A stretch of 64,000 nt of DNA from an uncultured Candidatus Bathyarchaeia archaeon (lineage in GTDB: Archaea; Thermoproteota; Bathyarchaeia; Bathyarchaeales; Bathyarchaeaceae). Within the stretch, counting starts at the first letter, position 1. Each line of letters starts with the position of its first letter. The position numbers and the translations under genes are program-made. Shown here one piece after another: positions 55,441-64,000 of the stretch. The DNA lies in NCBI GenBank assembly GCA_964623205.1, contig CAZUQX010000006.1:45354-109353 (forward strand), read 5' to 3'. The notes beneath the pieces were generated by a model. That model was not told where the DNA came from. It did no database searches and saw only the letters and a list, made by a program, of their open reading frames with translations.

Positions 55441-56379
55441 ATGAGCAGAAAAGTTGCTGCTTTCCTAGCTGTTTTACTTATTGTTTCTTCCACCAGCATC
55501 TGGCTCGCATCTACTGCAACATCCCAAAACTCGACAAATGTTACAGTGCACTTCATCGATGTTGGGCAAGGCGACTCGATATTCATTGACACGTCAAACA
55601 TGGACGTGTTGATAGATGGTGGCTCCGCATCAGCATCTTCGATAGTTCTCAATTATCTCGATAGCTTAAGCATAACGCACATACACCTGATTGTTGCAAC
55701 ACACGCGCACGAAGACCACATTGGCGGGCTCGTTGGCGTCCTAGAATCCACCATAACCGTGGATAAGATACTAGTCAACAACCAAACACACACTTCCGCT
55801 ACATACACAAACTTCATGACTTTGGCGCAGAGTCACACGGTAACAGTGGCGCAACGAGGACAAACCTTCACATTAACTGAGACTGCAAACTTAACCGTGT
55901 TCAACCCAGTTCAACCCCTAGAATTTACAGACCACAACGACAACAGCGTCGTAGTTAAACTTCAAGCAGGCAGCACGAACTTCTTGTTCACAGGAGACGC
56001 AGAAGCAGACGCTGAGCAGAGCATGCTTGATGCTGGTTTAGCCCTTCAATGTGACCTATTGAAAGTTGGGCATCATGGAAGCGACTCCTCTACAACCCAG
56101 GCTTTTCTTGATAGCGTAGAACCATCACACGCCATTATAAGCGCAGGAGAAGGCAACTCCTATGGTCATCCACACAATGAAACAATACAGAAACTGCTTT
56201 CGAAAGGTGTGACAATTTATGGAACCCACGTTTCAGGAACAATAATAGCCTCAACAGATGGAACAACAGTAACATTTCCAGATAACCCGCAACCCATACC
56301 AGAGTTCAACATAAGCCTGATCCTGCCAGTCTTTATGATAATGACACTACTGGTAGCAACAATCTACAGAAAAAAATAA
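55441..56379 (+). CDS. Exported MBL-fold (ComEC-type beta-lactamase domain) hydrolase with PEF-CTERM-like anchor
   Basis: 'VHFIDVGQGDSIFI', 'ATHAHEDHIGG' and 'LKVGHHGS'. The C-terminus is 'PIPEFNISLILPVFMIMTLLVATIYRKK'. Confidence 0.8.
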   Translation: MSRKVAAFLAVLLIVSSTSIWLASTATSQNSTNVTVHFIDVGQGDSIFIDTSNMDVLIDGGSASASSIVLNYLDSLSITHIHLIVATHAHEDHIGGLVGVLESTITVDKILVNNQTHTSATYTNFMTLAQSHTVTVAQRGQTFTLTETANLTVFNPVQPLEFTDHNDNSVVVKLQAGSTNFLFTGDAEADAEQSMLDAGLALQCDLLKVGHHGSDSSTTQAFLDSVEPSHAIISAGEGNSYGHPHNETIQKLLSKGVTIYGTHVSGTIIASTDGTTVTFPDNPQPIPEFNISLILPVFMIMTLLVATIYRKK

Positions 56380-56437
56380 TTTTGTATGTCATTCACACTA
56401 TTTTCGTATAACTTAAATTAGCGAGTGCCATAATCTT

Positions 56438-57082
56438 TTGGCTATGAGTTCCAGTAGATCGCGTAGACGTAGACCCCGCAAAAAGAAAAGCCACAAGAAA
56501 ATAATGCTAATTGCAGTTTTTCTGGTTGTCGTTGCTGTGATAATTGTGGTAGCCAGTATTATGGGCAATACCGAACCAGTAACTACCGAAACAGAACAAC
56601 CAATGAAAGTTCGGCTTGTAACAAGTAAGGGAGACATCGTGATCCAGTTGAGAGATGACATGCCAATCACAACAGAAAATTTCAGGAATCTGGTTGACGA
56701 AGGAGTTTACGACCACACAATTTTTCACAGAGTAATGGATGGTTTTATGATTCAAGGGGGGCAAGTAAACCAGTCGGTACCTTCGATACAGGATGAATTT
56801 TCGAACGATAACCGGAATCTTAGGGGCACCATAGCTATGGCAAAAAAAGCTGATCTAACCACTGGACAGGTTGTGCCAGACTCGGCAAGCAGCCAATTCT
56901 TCATTAATGTCGTAAACAACAGCAACGAAAATTTTGACGGAGACTACTCCGTTTTTGGGACAGTAACCGAGGGGATGGATGTTGTCGACGAAATCGCAAA
57001 AGTCGATGTAATTGTAGATGCAGAGAATGATCATAAGCCAGTAGAAGACGTTATAATATATGTAGCAACACTTGAAGAATAG
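56438..57082 (+). CDS. Membrane-anchored cyclophilin-type peptidyl-prolyl isomerase
   Basis: A basic N-terminus and a TM helix ('IMLIAVFLVVVAVIIVV') precede 'FHRVMDGFMIQGG' and 'SQFFIN'. Confidence 0.85.
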   Translation: MAMSSSRSRRRRPRKKKSHKKIMLIAVFLVVVAVIIVVASIMGNTEPVTTETEQPMKVRLVTSKGDIVIQLRDDMPITTENFRNLVDEGVYDHTIFHRVMDGFMIQGGQVNQSVPSIQDEFSNDNRNLRGTIAMAKKADLTTGQVVPDSASSQFFINVVNNSNENFDGDYSVFGTVTEGMDVVDEIAKVDVIVDAENDHKPVEDVIIYVATLEE

Positions 57083-57250
57083 AACCCACACACGTTGTTA
57101 ACTCGTCTAGTATAACTTTAAAAATAGTCACTGTCAGCTTTCAGTTCTCTGAACTACCGTTTCCCCAAAATTGCCACACTATGTTTAACGAAAGTTTATA
57201 TGCATCAATTTCAAGTATGGACAGAAGTTTAACAATAAGAGAAGAGTATA

Positions 57251-57829
57251 ATGGTTGATAAACTGGCCAATCCAGCGCCTCTAGGGCTATTGGGTTTCGG
57301 AATGACAACAGTGCTTCTGAATCTGCACAACGCAGGCTTCTATCCCCTAGGCAGCATGATACTTGCCATGGGACTGGTATATGGTGGGTTAGCGCAGGTA
57401 ATCGCTGGAATAATGGAGTACAAAAAGGGCAACACATTCGGCACCCTTGCTTTCAGTTCTTATGGCTTATTCTGGTGGTCCCTGATTATCCTAATATTGC
57501 TTCCCAATGTCACAATCTTTTCTCCTGCAGTTTCAGCTGCCACGGACGAGGCTATGGCTGCATATTTCTTCATGTGGGGCATGTTTACTCTAGTGATGTT
57601 CTTTGGTACATTGAAAACCAATCGGGGGCTACAGTTCGTCTTCAGCAGCTTAACTGTGCTGTTCTTTTTGCTGACGATTGTACGACTCACCGGCAACGCA
57701 GACATAACAATGATAACTGGATATGAAGGAATAATCTGTGGAGCAAGCGCCATCTACACAGGCTTGGCGGAAGTTTTGAATGAAATTTATGGAAGAACAG
57801 TTCTGCCGTTATGTCCAGTAAAAAAGTAA
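57251..57829 (+). CDS. satP: GPR1/FUN34/YaaH-family succinate-acetate channel
   Basis: The family signature '[23 protein letters not shown]' is present, along with 6 TM helices. Confidence 0.85.
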   Translation: MVDKLANPAPLGLLGFGMTTVLLNLHNAGFYPLGSMILAMGLVYGGLAQVIAGIMEYKKGNTFGTLAFSSYGLFWWSLIILILLPNVTIFSPAVSAATDEAMAAYFFMWGMFTLVMFFGTLKTNRGLQFVFSSLTVLFFLLTIVRLTGNADITMITGYEGIICGASAIYTGLAEVLNEIYGRTVLPLCPVKK

Positions 57830-57921
57830 AGACGTGCACTAGACAAGTTTTTTACATGTTTACTCCCATTTGTTACGTAGGGAGCCAAAGATTCGGTTAA
57901 TCTTTCAGGTAGGTTGTAGAT

Positions 57922-58458
57922 TTGGATAGATTTCTGTACAAAAAAGAAATTTTGATTGATGACTCCGGATGGGGCGACCTAATTTTAGGCGTTGTGATAG
58001 GTGCTCTGAAACTTCCAGACCGCAAATACATGGAACGTAGGATTCCCATTTCCTCCTTTCAGGCCCCTAACTTCCAGAACAAAAAGTATCTGGATGATGC
58101 AGCGAAAATTGCAGAGGAAATCGTTGAGGTGATGCAACCCGACAGGGAGACTGTCTTCAGGGTCTGTTCAGGATATGTCCTCATCAGTATACGTAAATAC
58201 TTGAGGAATCAGGGATTCAGGGTTGAGGAAATTGAAGTTACCGGCGAACTTCAGGAGATGGTTGAAAGAAGCTTCGTTCACTGGTGTAAAGAGGTTGGAG
58301 CACCTGCGGAAAGTCTGAAGGGAAAACGAAGCTTCAACACATTTTTTGAGTGGGTTGCGGAAAAGCCTCATCTCAGAGAGAAACTTGTGAAGACAGGGTG
58401 GAAGAGCTGGAACCAAAGATGGCGCGAAAAGGCTTACCGGATCCATTTTGGAAAATAA
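57922..58458 (+). CDS. Hypothetical protein
   Basis: TTG start. The N-terminal 'ILIDDSGWGDLILGVVIGAL' is reminiscent of the RNase HII 'IDEAGRGPVIGPLV' motif, but I found no further catalytic motifs. Confidence 0.45.
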   Translation: MDRFLYKKEILIDDSGWGDLILGVVIGALKLPDRKYMERRIPISSFQAPNFQNKKYLDDAAKIAEEIVEVMQPDRETVFRVCSGYVLISIRKYLRNQGFRVEEIEVTGELQEMVERSFVHWCKEVGAPAESLKGKRSFNTFFEWVAEKPHLREKLVKTGWKSWNQRWREKAYRIHFGK

Positions 58459-58476
58459 ATGAATGTGAATACAATC

Positions 58477-59184
58477 CTATTCAATTAATGTCAAGAAATC
58501 TTCCCTGATATAGTTGATGAGTTCGTCTTTAGTGCTTTTGCTGAAAAGGGTTACTACGCTGTTTCGTGTGATTCCCATAGTGAGTCCACGTTTTTGTGCC
58601 TCAAAGACAACATACCATATTTGCCCGTGTTCAAGATAGTCTTGGTAGAGCTGAGTGTCAGCAATGTCTGATCCAGCTAAACAGAGCTTCTCTACTCCAG
58701 GTATGTCGATTTGGTCAAACCATATGAGCCTTGTTGCCTGCGGATTTGACTCATGAAGCTCCTTAAGCGTTTCATGCGGAATCCTTACCTCCACTATCGC
58801 TCTTGCCGTTATGAAAAGAATCTTGCTGAGCTTGTTAGCCACATGGCTCGTCAACAGCTTTTTGACTCCCCGAGCCACCGAAGGCGCTACCACAATCAAG
58901 AAAGTTCGGTTCTCGAAACGGGTTATCCAGAAAAGAGCCTCCTCAGTAACAGGAGCCTCAACTAACTTGCGGCGGTAGTAACGTCCCCGCACAAAATCCG
59001 TGCTGAAAACCCCAGACACCAAATTTTCTTTCAGGCTAAGGTCCAAAATTTCCGTTACCAAACTCACTGTTTCTCCGTCACTCTTTTCGTAGCTCTCCTC
59101 TTCACGGAAATCTTTCAACTTCTGAATCATCAAGCCAAAATTGGCTTCTTCTTTGATCTCGAAGACTTTAGCGGGTAGAACCAT
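58477..59184 (-). CDS. Hypothetical protein
   Basis: ATG start. The composition looks coding. I recognise no motif. Confidence 0.45.
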   Translation of the reverse strand: MVLPAKVFEIKEEANFGLMIQKLKDFREEESYEKSDGETVSLVTEILDLSLKENLVSGVFSTDFVRGRYYRRKLVEAPVTEEALFWITRFENRTFLIVVAPSVARGVKKLLTSHVANKLSKILFITARAIVEVRIPHETLKELHESNPQATRLIWFDQIDIPGVEKLCLAGSDIADTQLYQDYLEHGQIWYVVFEAQKRGLTMGITRNSVVTLFSKSTKDELINYIREDFLTLIE

Positions 59185-59615
59185 TTTTTAATTAACTCCT
59201 ATCTTAACTTTTATTGTTGAATTTACTTCCACTTATTACATAACATATTTACAACATCTAATTTTTCTCTATATGGGGGGGAGGGGTTGTAAGTAAATAA
59301 AAGGTGAAAAACCTTTCTAAAAAGCCTTTTTCATTTTCGCCTAGCAAGTTCTTTATCCAAGTTGCTTTTCACCCTTAATTATACAAAAAAATGTGCAGAT
59401 TTCAAATAGGGTACTAGTCAAATCGTTTTTCCCCTAGATAATGAAAGAAAGGGGGTTTGCTGAGGCTCCTTCACGGGCAAACTAGGAGATAAAGAAAATG
59501 AAAAATCCCAAGCAATTGCTTTTGGGTAAGTTTCATTTTTCCGTGATGGAACCTTTTCAGCCCCTCTTTTTCTTCCGATGCATTACTCCCAATAAAAAAA
59601 GGGAGGGAAATTGGT

Positions 59616-61862
59616 TTATTTTCGTTTTTTGAGTATCCAGTAGGCTGCTATGCCGATGACTGCGACGACTGCGACTGCTGCTATGATGGCTACTTCTGTG
59701 CTGATCAAAGGTGCTTCTGGTTCAGGCTCGATTGGCCCTGCTGGTTCTGCTGCTGGTCCCACTCCTACTGCTGTTGCGTCGTATGATGAATAATATGATT
59801 CGGTGCCTGCGAAGGATGCAATTATGGAGTACGCGCCTTCCTCTGTCGGTGTCCACAGTTTGATGTATATGCCGTTCGCGTCGCTTGTTACTGTGCCAAG
59901 GTCAACCCATTCACCATCTGTACGCACAGCCGTCAAATGGACTGGAACTCCTGTTAGGTCGCTTGGGCATGGTTTTTGCATGTATAGGTATTCCATCCAC
60001 TCGCTCATGTATTCATCAGCTATTGCTGGAGTGCCTGCAGCAGGAATACCGAGGCAAGTATCTCCGGGAGACTGGTCGGTTACAGTGCCTTCAATCAATA
60101 CGGTTGATCCCTTTGCAGTAACTTTGGGTGAAGCTGTGACTGTGGTGGCGGTTTTACCCTTGCCGAAGCAGTATAAGGACCCGTCGTACTCATTGGAGCT
60201 TACGAGATAGCCATCCGCGATGAGCTTTTCTGATCCGCCCCCGAAAGCTATACTCCATATTTCATCGCCTGTTTCAGCATTGAGAGCATAGAGCTTATTT
60301 CCTCTCAGGTATGGTTGAGTGGGGGTGTGTTCACTTGTGCCCGCATAGATCTTTCCGTCGGCAATAGCAGGGTAACCCCAAAACGCCCAGTGACCGTAGG
60401 GGGTTTCGGTAGTGTCTCCACTGTAGAACTTCCACACTGTTTTTCCTGTCTCAGCATCGAACGCATAGACGTGTCCATCGTAGCTCAGTCCGTAAACTTT
60501 GCCGTAAGCGACGCCTGTGGCATAAGCCCAGAAACCACCCCAAGGATAGTCTGCAGGCTCACTTTCCCATACCACGGCTCCTGTATAGACATTGTAGGCT
60601 TTGAATGTACGGTGGAAAGCATCAGCCCAGAAAAATTTTTCATATCCAGCTGCTCCGGTACTCATAAATTGGTAGTCTCGTGTTATGTTCCACAGAATTT
60701 CCCCTGTGGTCGCGTTAACAGCGGAACTCCAATACTCCCCAAGATACGCTAAAGTAAGTACGTCTCCTTGAGCCAAGACGCTCATGCGATTCACTGTTGT
60801 GTTCCAAACTATGTTACCTTCAAAGGTCTCGCTGCGCCCGTTTAAATCCCACTTAATTAGATGTCCAATAGGACTGGCCCATGTTCTATCTGTCAACACC
60901 ATGTAAAGGTAATCATCATGAATAATTCCGCCAGGTGAAGCGCCAGAAAACGAAAAGGGTGACGGTATGCCCGTAGTACGCTTCGTCTCTAGTCCTGTTT
61001 CCGCACTATACCGTACAAAATTTCCACCAAGTGCCCATATGTGGGCTTGCCCGGTACCGGGTGGTTTTTGAATATATAGTCTTCCTGAAGCAGGCACAAC
61101 CCATAGCTCTTCTCCAGTACGCAAATCCAAGCAGTGCATCCCGTCCGCTTCAATGTAATAAACTCTTCCAGCCACGATCATTGGAGCAGCGCCTTGACTG
61201 TAACTTAAACTACCAGACTCCCCTCCGATGAGACCTGATATGCCTATCGGCTTTTTCCATACTATGTGGGCACTGTTTGGCGCTTTGCTGTATGGTTGGT
61301 AACAAGAGCTATTTGAATTGCCACGTGTCATGAGCCAGTCTCCTCCTAGCACATTCCATTCTCTGTTTTCTGGGTTTATCGGTCGCTCCCAGTAACCCTC
61401 TGGAAGTTCGACTGCTGGGAATGCGGGGGGCACCATTTCCGTCTGTACGGTGAATTTGAATGGTGGACTATCGGCGCCTTTGTGGTATTCGTCTCCAGCC
61501 CAGCTCAACATGGCACTCCATGTGCCGGTTTGGTCGGGGGTGTACACTACCCAGATCGTTCCGGACGCATAGGAGTCGTAAGGCCCTAGGGTTTCGGTAG
61601 TTCCGGTGGGCTTTGTTATGGTAACATAAAAGTCATGGTAGATAAAATCCCTAGCTTCGTCTGGATGGGGGATAATCCATGCGTTAATCAAAACGTTCTG
61701 ACCAAGCCCTATAGTTTCAGGATTTACATTCATGTAGGCGAAGCTATCTTCCTTCTGCTGAGCAACAGCGGTTGGCAAAGCAACAAATGTAGCAGCAAAT
61801 GTTAACGTTAGAATTAAAGCGATTGTAGTAACCTTTGCTTTATTTGTTGAGTGTTTCATCAT
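59616..61862 (-). CDS. Secreted PQQ-like beta-propeller repeat protein with C-terminal TM anchor
   Basis: A signal peptide is present. Repeats occur of the type 'KLYALNAETGDEIWS', 'HVYAFDAETGKTVWKF' and 'MHCLDLRTGEELWVV'. The C-terminus is 'PEPEAPLISTEVAIIAAVAVVAVIGIAAYWILKKRK'. Confidence 0.8.
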   Translation of the reverse strand: MMKHSTNKAKVTTIALILTLTFAATFVALPTAVAQQKEDSFAYMNVNPETIGLGQNVLINAWIIPHPDEARDFIYHDFYVTITKPTGTTETLGPYDSYASGTIWVVYTPDQTGTWSAMLSWAGDEYHKGADSPPFKFTVQTEMVPPAFPAVELPEGYWERPINPENREWNVLGGDWLMTRGNSNSSCYQPYSKAPNSAHIVWKKPIGISGLIGGESGSLSYSQGAAPMIVAGRVYYIEADGMHCLDLRTGEELWVVPASGRLYIQKPPGTGQAHIWALGGNFVRYSAETGLETKRTTGIPSPFSFSGASPGGIIHDDYLYMVLTDRTWASPIGHLIKWDLNGRSETFEGNIVWNTTVNRMSVLAQGDVLTLAYLGEYWSSAVNATTGEILWNITRDYQFMSTGAAGYEKFFWADAFHRTFKAYNVYTGAVVWESEPADYPWGGFWAYATGVAYGKVYGLSYDGHVYAFDAETGKTVWKFYSGDTTETPYGHWAFWGYPAIADGKIYAGTSEHTPTQPYLRGNKLYALNAETGDEIWSIAFGGGSEKLIADGYLVSSNEYDGSLYCFGKGKTATTVTASPKVTAKGSTVLIEGTVTDQSPGDTCLGIPAAGTPAIADEYMSEWMEYLYMQKPCPSDLTGVPVHLTAVRTDGEWVDLGTVTSDANGIYIKLWTPTEEGAYSIIASFAGTESYYSSYDATAVGVGPAAEPAGPIEPEPEAPLISTEVAIIAAVAVVAVIGIAAYWILKKRK

Positions 61863-61913
61863 TTTCTTTTTTCTCCTTTTGTTGATAACCGTGTTTTAGT
61901 TATTGTTCCTCTT

Positions 61914-62006
61914 AAAGTTTAGCATGTGATAATGATACAGACAAAAAGTTTAGTATGTGATAGTCACACAGACAAAAAGTTTAGCAAGTAATAGTCACAC
62001 AGACAA
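61914..62006. repeat. Three tandem 31-bp direct repeats in a divergent promoter region
   Basis: The units are at 61914-61944, 61945-61975 and 61976-62006. The consensus is AAAGTTTAG(C/T)A(T/A)GT(G/A)ATA(ATGAT/GTCAC)ACAGACAA. Units 2 and 3 carry GT(G/A)A-TAG-TCAC inverted half-sites. A T/A-rich box (TTTTTTATATTAG) follows. Confidence 0.9.
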
Positions 62007-62069
62007 CTTTTTTATATTAGTTATGAGAAACACATCACTAAGGAGACAGGACTATAAGAGGGTGTCTTT

Positions 62070-62894
62070 TTGTTTGAGCAAGAGGCGGTTGAAACGCTGT
62101 GTGGTTTGGGTTTAACGTTGAATGAGGCAAGGGTTTACTTTGCGCTTATTCAATGCGGCGTGTCATCGGCAAAGACTGTTTCAAAGTTTTCAGGCGTTAT
62201 CCGACAAGACGTTTATCGCGTGATGCCGAAGCTGCAGCAGAAGGGGCTGGTTAACCGGGCATTGACGATTCCTGCAGTGTTCGACGCAATTCCCCTTGAA
62301 GATGGCGTCTCAATTTTGATGGAAAAAAGAAGAAAAAGAACAGAGGAGCTGCAGCAAAAAACAGCAGTACTAGTCGATAATCAAAAAAATAACCACCGAA
62401 AATTTTCTGGGGGGGAACTGGAGCCGGAGTTTGTTGTAATTCCCGGTGATGAAGCGTCTATTAAGAGAAAGAAAATGGCGATTGATGCTGAAAGATATGT
62501 AGATAATGTAATTTCTAGGAAGCGTTTTGTGTCTGGGCTCTCCTATTATGGTGAACTGACATTGAAGAGGTTAGAGAGGGGTGTAAGGTACAGGCTGATC
62601 ACAGAGATGCCTGGAGACGGGGAGATTTTGCCGAAGATTTTCCAGGATTTGAGGGAGCATCCACTGTTCAGGTTGAGGTATGTTACAGCGTCGCCTAGGG
62701 CATTTATGTGTGTTATTGACAACCGGGAGGTGCTTTTCAGCGATCCTGCAGCGTCACCTTTGGAGTATACGTGTTTGTGGTCTAAAAACCCAAGTTTGCT
62801 CGCAGTACTCCATGATTACTTTGAGTTAATGTGGATCACGGCAATGGAGACTCCGCACTACAGCGTCGACGATGAGCAGACAGCTCAACTTTGA
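62070..62894 (+). CDS. TrmB-family transcriptional regulator
   Basis: 'LGLTLNEARVYFALIQCGVSSAKTVSKFSGVIRQDVYRVMPKLQQKGLV'. The TTG start lies 5 nt after GAGGGTG. Confidence 0.85.
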   Translation: MFEQEAVETLCGLGLTLNEARVYFALIQCGVSSAKTVSKFSGVIRQDVYRVMPKLQQKGLVNRALTIPAVFDAIPLEDGVSILMEKRRKRTEELQQKTAVLVDNQKNNHRKFSGGELEPEFVVIPGDEASIKRKKMAIDAERYVDNVISRKRFVSGLSYYGELTLKRLERGVRYRLITEMPGDGEILPKIFQDLREHPLFRLRYVTASPRAFMCVIDNREVLFSDPAASPLEYTCLWSKNPSLLAVLHDYFELMWITAMETPHYSVDDEQTAQL

Positions 62895-63091
62895 AGTCCC
62901 TTTTCTGCTTTTTTCACTGCCTCTGTCTCAGCAATGTAATTTAATGAATTATTTGGTGCGCGGGCGCATCACCTGAAGTTTAAATTACTATTTCCACCTA
63001 CAAACACTTTGTGGTCTAGACTTTAAAGGTTCTGCGCAGGTTTACAAGTGACATGTGCAGAAGATGAAAAGCAGCTATGAATAGAGGGGGA

Positions 63092-63280
63092 TTACCTGCG
63101 TCTTCTTCTGCGTCTGCTACCGGGTTTATATTGACCGCTGTCCCTGCTTAAGATGAAGCGTTTATAGTAAGAACTGCGGTTGTTAACTCTTGGAACTGAA
63201 GAATGCCTCTCCCTTGCTTCTAGTTTAGGAGTTATGGATCTGACTTTGCCCGCCTTAGACAATGAACCGTGTGATGGCAC
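63092..63280 (-). CDS. rps30e: 30S ribosomal protein S30e
   Basis: '(V)PSHGSLSKAGKVRSITPKLE...PRVNNRSSYYKRF' matches the eS30 core (compare eukaryotic 'HGSLARAGKVRGQTPKV...RRMQYNRRF'). I use the internal GTG at 63280 rather than the ORF-track ATG at 63340. Confidence 0.7.
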   Translation of the reverse strand: MPSHGSLSKAGKVRSITPKLEARERHSSVPRVNNRSSYYKRFILSRDSGQYKPGSRRRRRRR

Positions 63281-63416
63281 AATCTCACATCCTCTTGATT
63301 TTCGGTAAAAAATACTAGAGGTAGAGGTTCTTATAAACATTCACAACTCTAAGCTCTACTAAACATATATCTTTGAGAAAAATAATTCATAACCACAGCA
63401 CTAAGGGTGAACCCGA

Positions 63417-64000
63417 TTGAGAGAAGCGATAATCTTAGCTGGAGGAGAAGGATGGCGACTAAAACCCGCAACGTGGGTTCCAAAACCCCTCCTGAAAATA
63501 AACAAGAACACCTTGATTGACCACCAGATAGAGTGGCTTCGTTCCCACGGCTTCGACAATGTAATCGTGGCATCCAACAGAACAGACCTCACAAAGCAAC
63601 CAGTCATCTATTCCTTGGAAAAAGAGAATTTGGGAACTGGAGGTGCAACAAAAAAAGCCTTTGAGCATATCAAGGGAAAAGTAGCTTATGTGATGAATGT
63701 GGATGACCTTGTCTTCTATGACCCCAACGAACTCTTCGACTACGCTGGTAAGGGAGCTGGATTACTTCTGGCGAAGCCCCAAATACCCTTCGGTAAAGTA
63801 ACCCTTCAGAACGGCATAAATGTCATCAGATTTCAACAGAGGGAAACCCTTGACTTCTACGTCAGCACGGGCCATTACGTCTTCAAGAGGAGTGTAGTTG
63901 AAAAAATCTTTCCAGACAATGGCGACTTCGAATTTACCGCTATGCAGCGTTTGGCGGACAAAAAGATGCTTCAGGGCTACACATACCATGGAATGTGGTT
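63417..64000 (+). CDS. Sugar-phosphate nucleotidyltransferase (NTP_transferase family), 3'-truncated at the window edge
   Basis: This gene is not in the ORF track because it has no stop in the window. The TTG at 63417 follows an in-frame TGA. The translation 'REAIILAGGEGWRLKPATWVPKPLLKI...NLGTGGA' contains the G-x-G-x-R-L nucleotidyltransferase motif. Confidence 0.75.
   Translation, partial: MREAIILAGGEGWRLKPATWVPKPLLKINKNTLIDHQIEWLRSHGFDNVIVASNRTDLTKQPVIYSLEKENLGTGGATKKAFEHIKGKVAYVMNVDDLVFYDPNELFDYAGKGAGLLLAKPQIPFGKVTLQNGINVIRFQQRETLDFYVSTGHYVFKRSVVEKIFPDNGDFEFTAMQRLADKKMLQGYTYHGMW

Noticed and set aside
61914-62006. Possibility that the 31-bp repeats are a mini-CRISPR array
   Set aside because: The units are directly contiguous with no spacers, there are only three copies, the units diverge from each other, and no cas genes are nearby. 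A promoter or operator repeat is the better reading.
63349-63989. Minus-strand ORFs 63349-63573, 63401-63607, 63459-63668 and 63762-63989
   Set aside because: All are antisense to, or out of frame with, a plus-strand nucleotidyltransferase gene (G-x-G-x-R-L motif). That gene runs off the window and was therefore missing from the ORF track.
1-64000. Search for tRNA, rRNA and other structured RNA genes
   Set aside because: I scanned both strands for T-loop-like GGTTCGAATCC / GGTTCAAATCC strings. All partial matches fall inside well-supported CDSs without acceptor-stem complementarity. None is reported, though a tool-based scan could still find small RNAs.

Overview
This is a low-GC archaeal chromosomal segment. 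The archaeal call rests on a thermosome, Rpo6/RpoK, TFS, ribosomal proteins S25e and S30e, three TrmB-type regulators and an archaeosortase; the lineage cannot be fixed by eye. Many genes use TTG or GTG starts behind GGAGG-type Shine-Dalgarno (SD) boxes.

Layout:
- 1-22.9 kb: a large surface-glycan or protein-glycosylation island. It holds 2 GT2 and 4 GT4 glycosyltransferases, WecB, 2 deacetylases, 2 Gfo/Idh/MocA oxidoreductases, a methyltransferase, a Wzx-like flippase, a GT-C-like polytopic protein, and a 963-aa DUF2341/LamG surface protein.
- 23-35 kb: an archaeosortase module, which I consider the most interesting part. The archaeosortase is fused to a zinc ribbon, an EpsI-like ectodomain and a C-terminal winged helix-turn-helix (wHTH). 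Four secreted proteins carry a shared 'H-V-I-P-E-V-P-x-G + TM + basic' C-terminal signal. Two inverted paralogous small beta-sandwich genes bracket the module.
- 35.4-37.3 kb: rpoK and the thermosome gene.
- 37.4-42.9 kb: mobile DNA. This is a 2.4-kb IS6-like element with 51-bp terminal inverted repeats (TIRs), an 8-bp target-site duplication (TSD) and passenger genes, followed by two tyrosine-recombinase genes.
- 43-51 kb: regulators (TrmB, PadR, ArsR-like, a 7-PAS histidine kinase and a response regulator).
- 51-55 kb: S25e, a Tes/GDGT-MAS-like radical SAM enzyme, TrmB and TFS.
- 55-64 kb: exported proteins (a PEF-CTERM MBL hydrolase, an anchored cyclophilin, a PQQ beta-propeller), SatP, S30e, and a 3'-truncated NDP-sugar pyrophosphorylase.

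A recurrent alternating-GC palindrome (core GCGCGC) marks many gene 3' flanks and seems excluded from coding sequence.

I recognised no rRNA, tRNA or CRISPR array. All functional calls come from motif recognition by eye, with no database search. Start codons are approximate.
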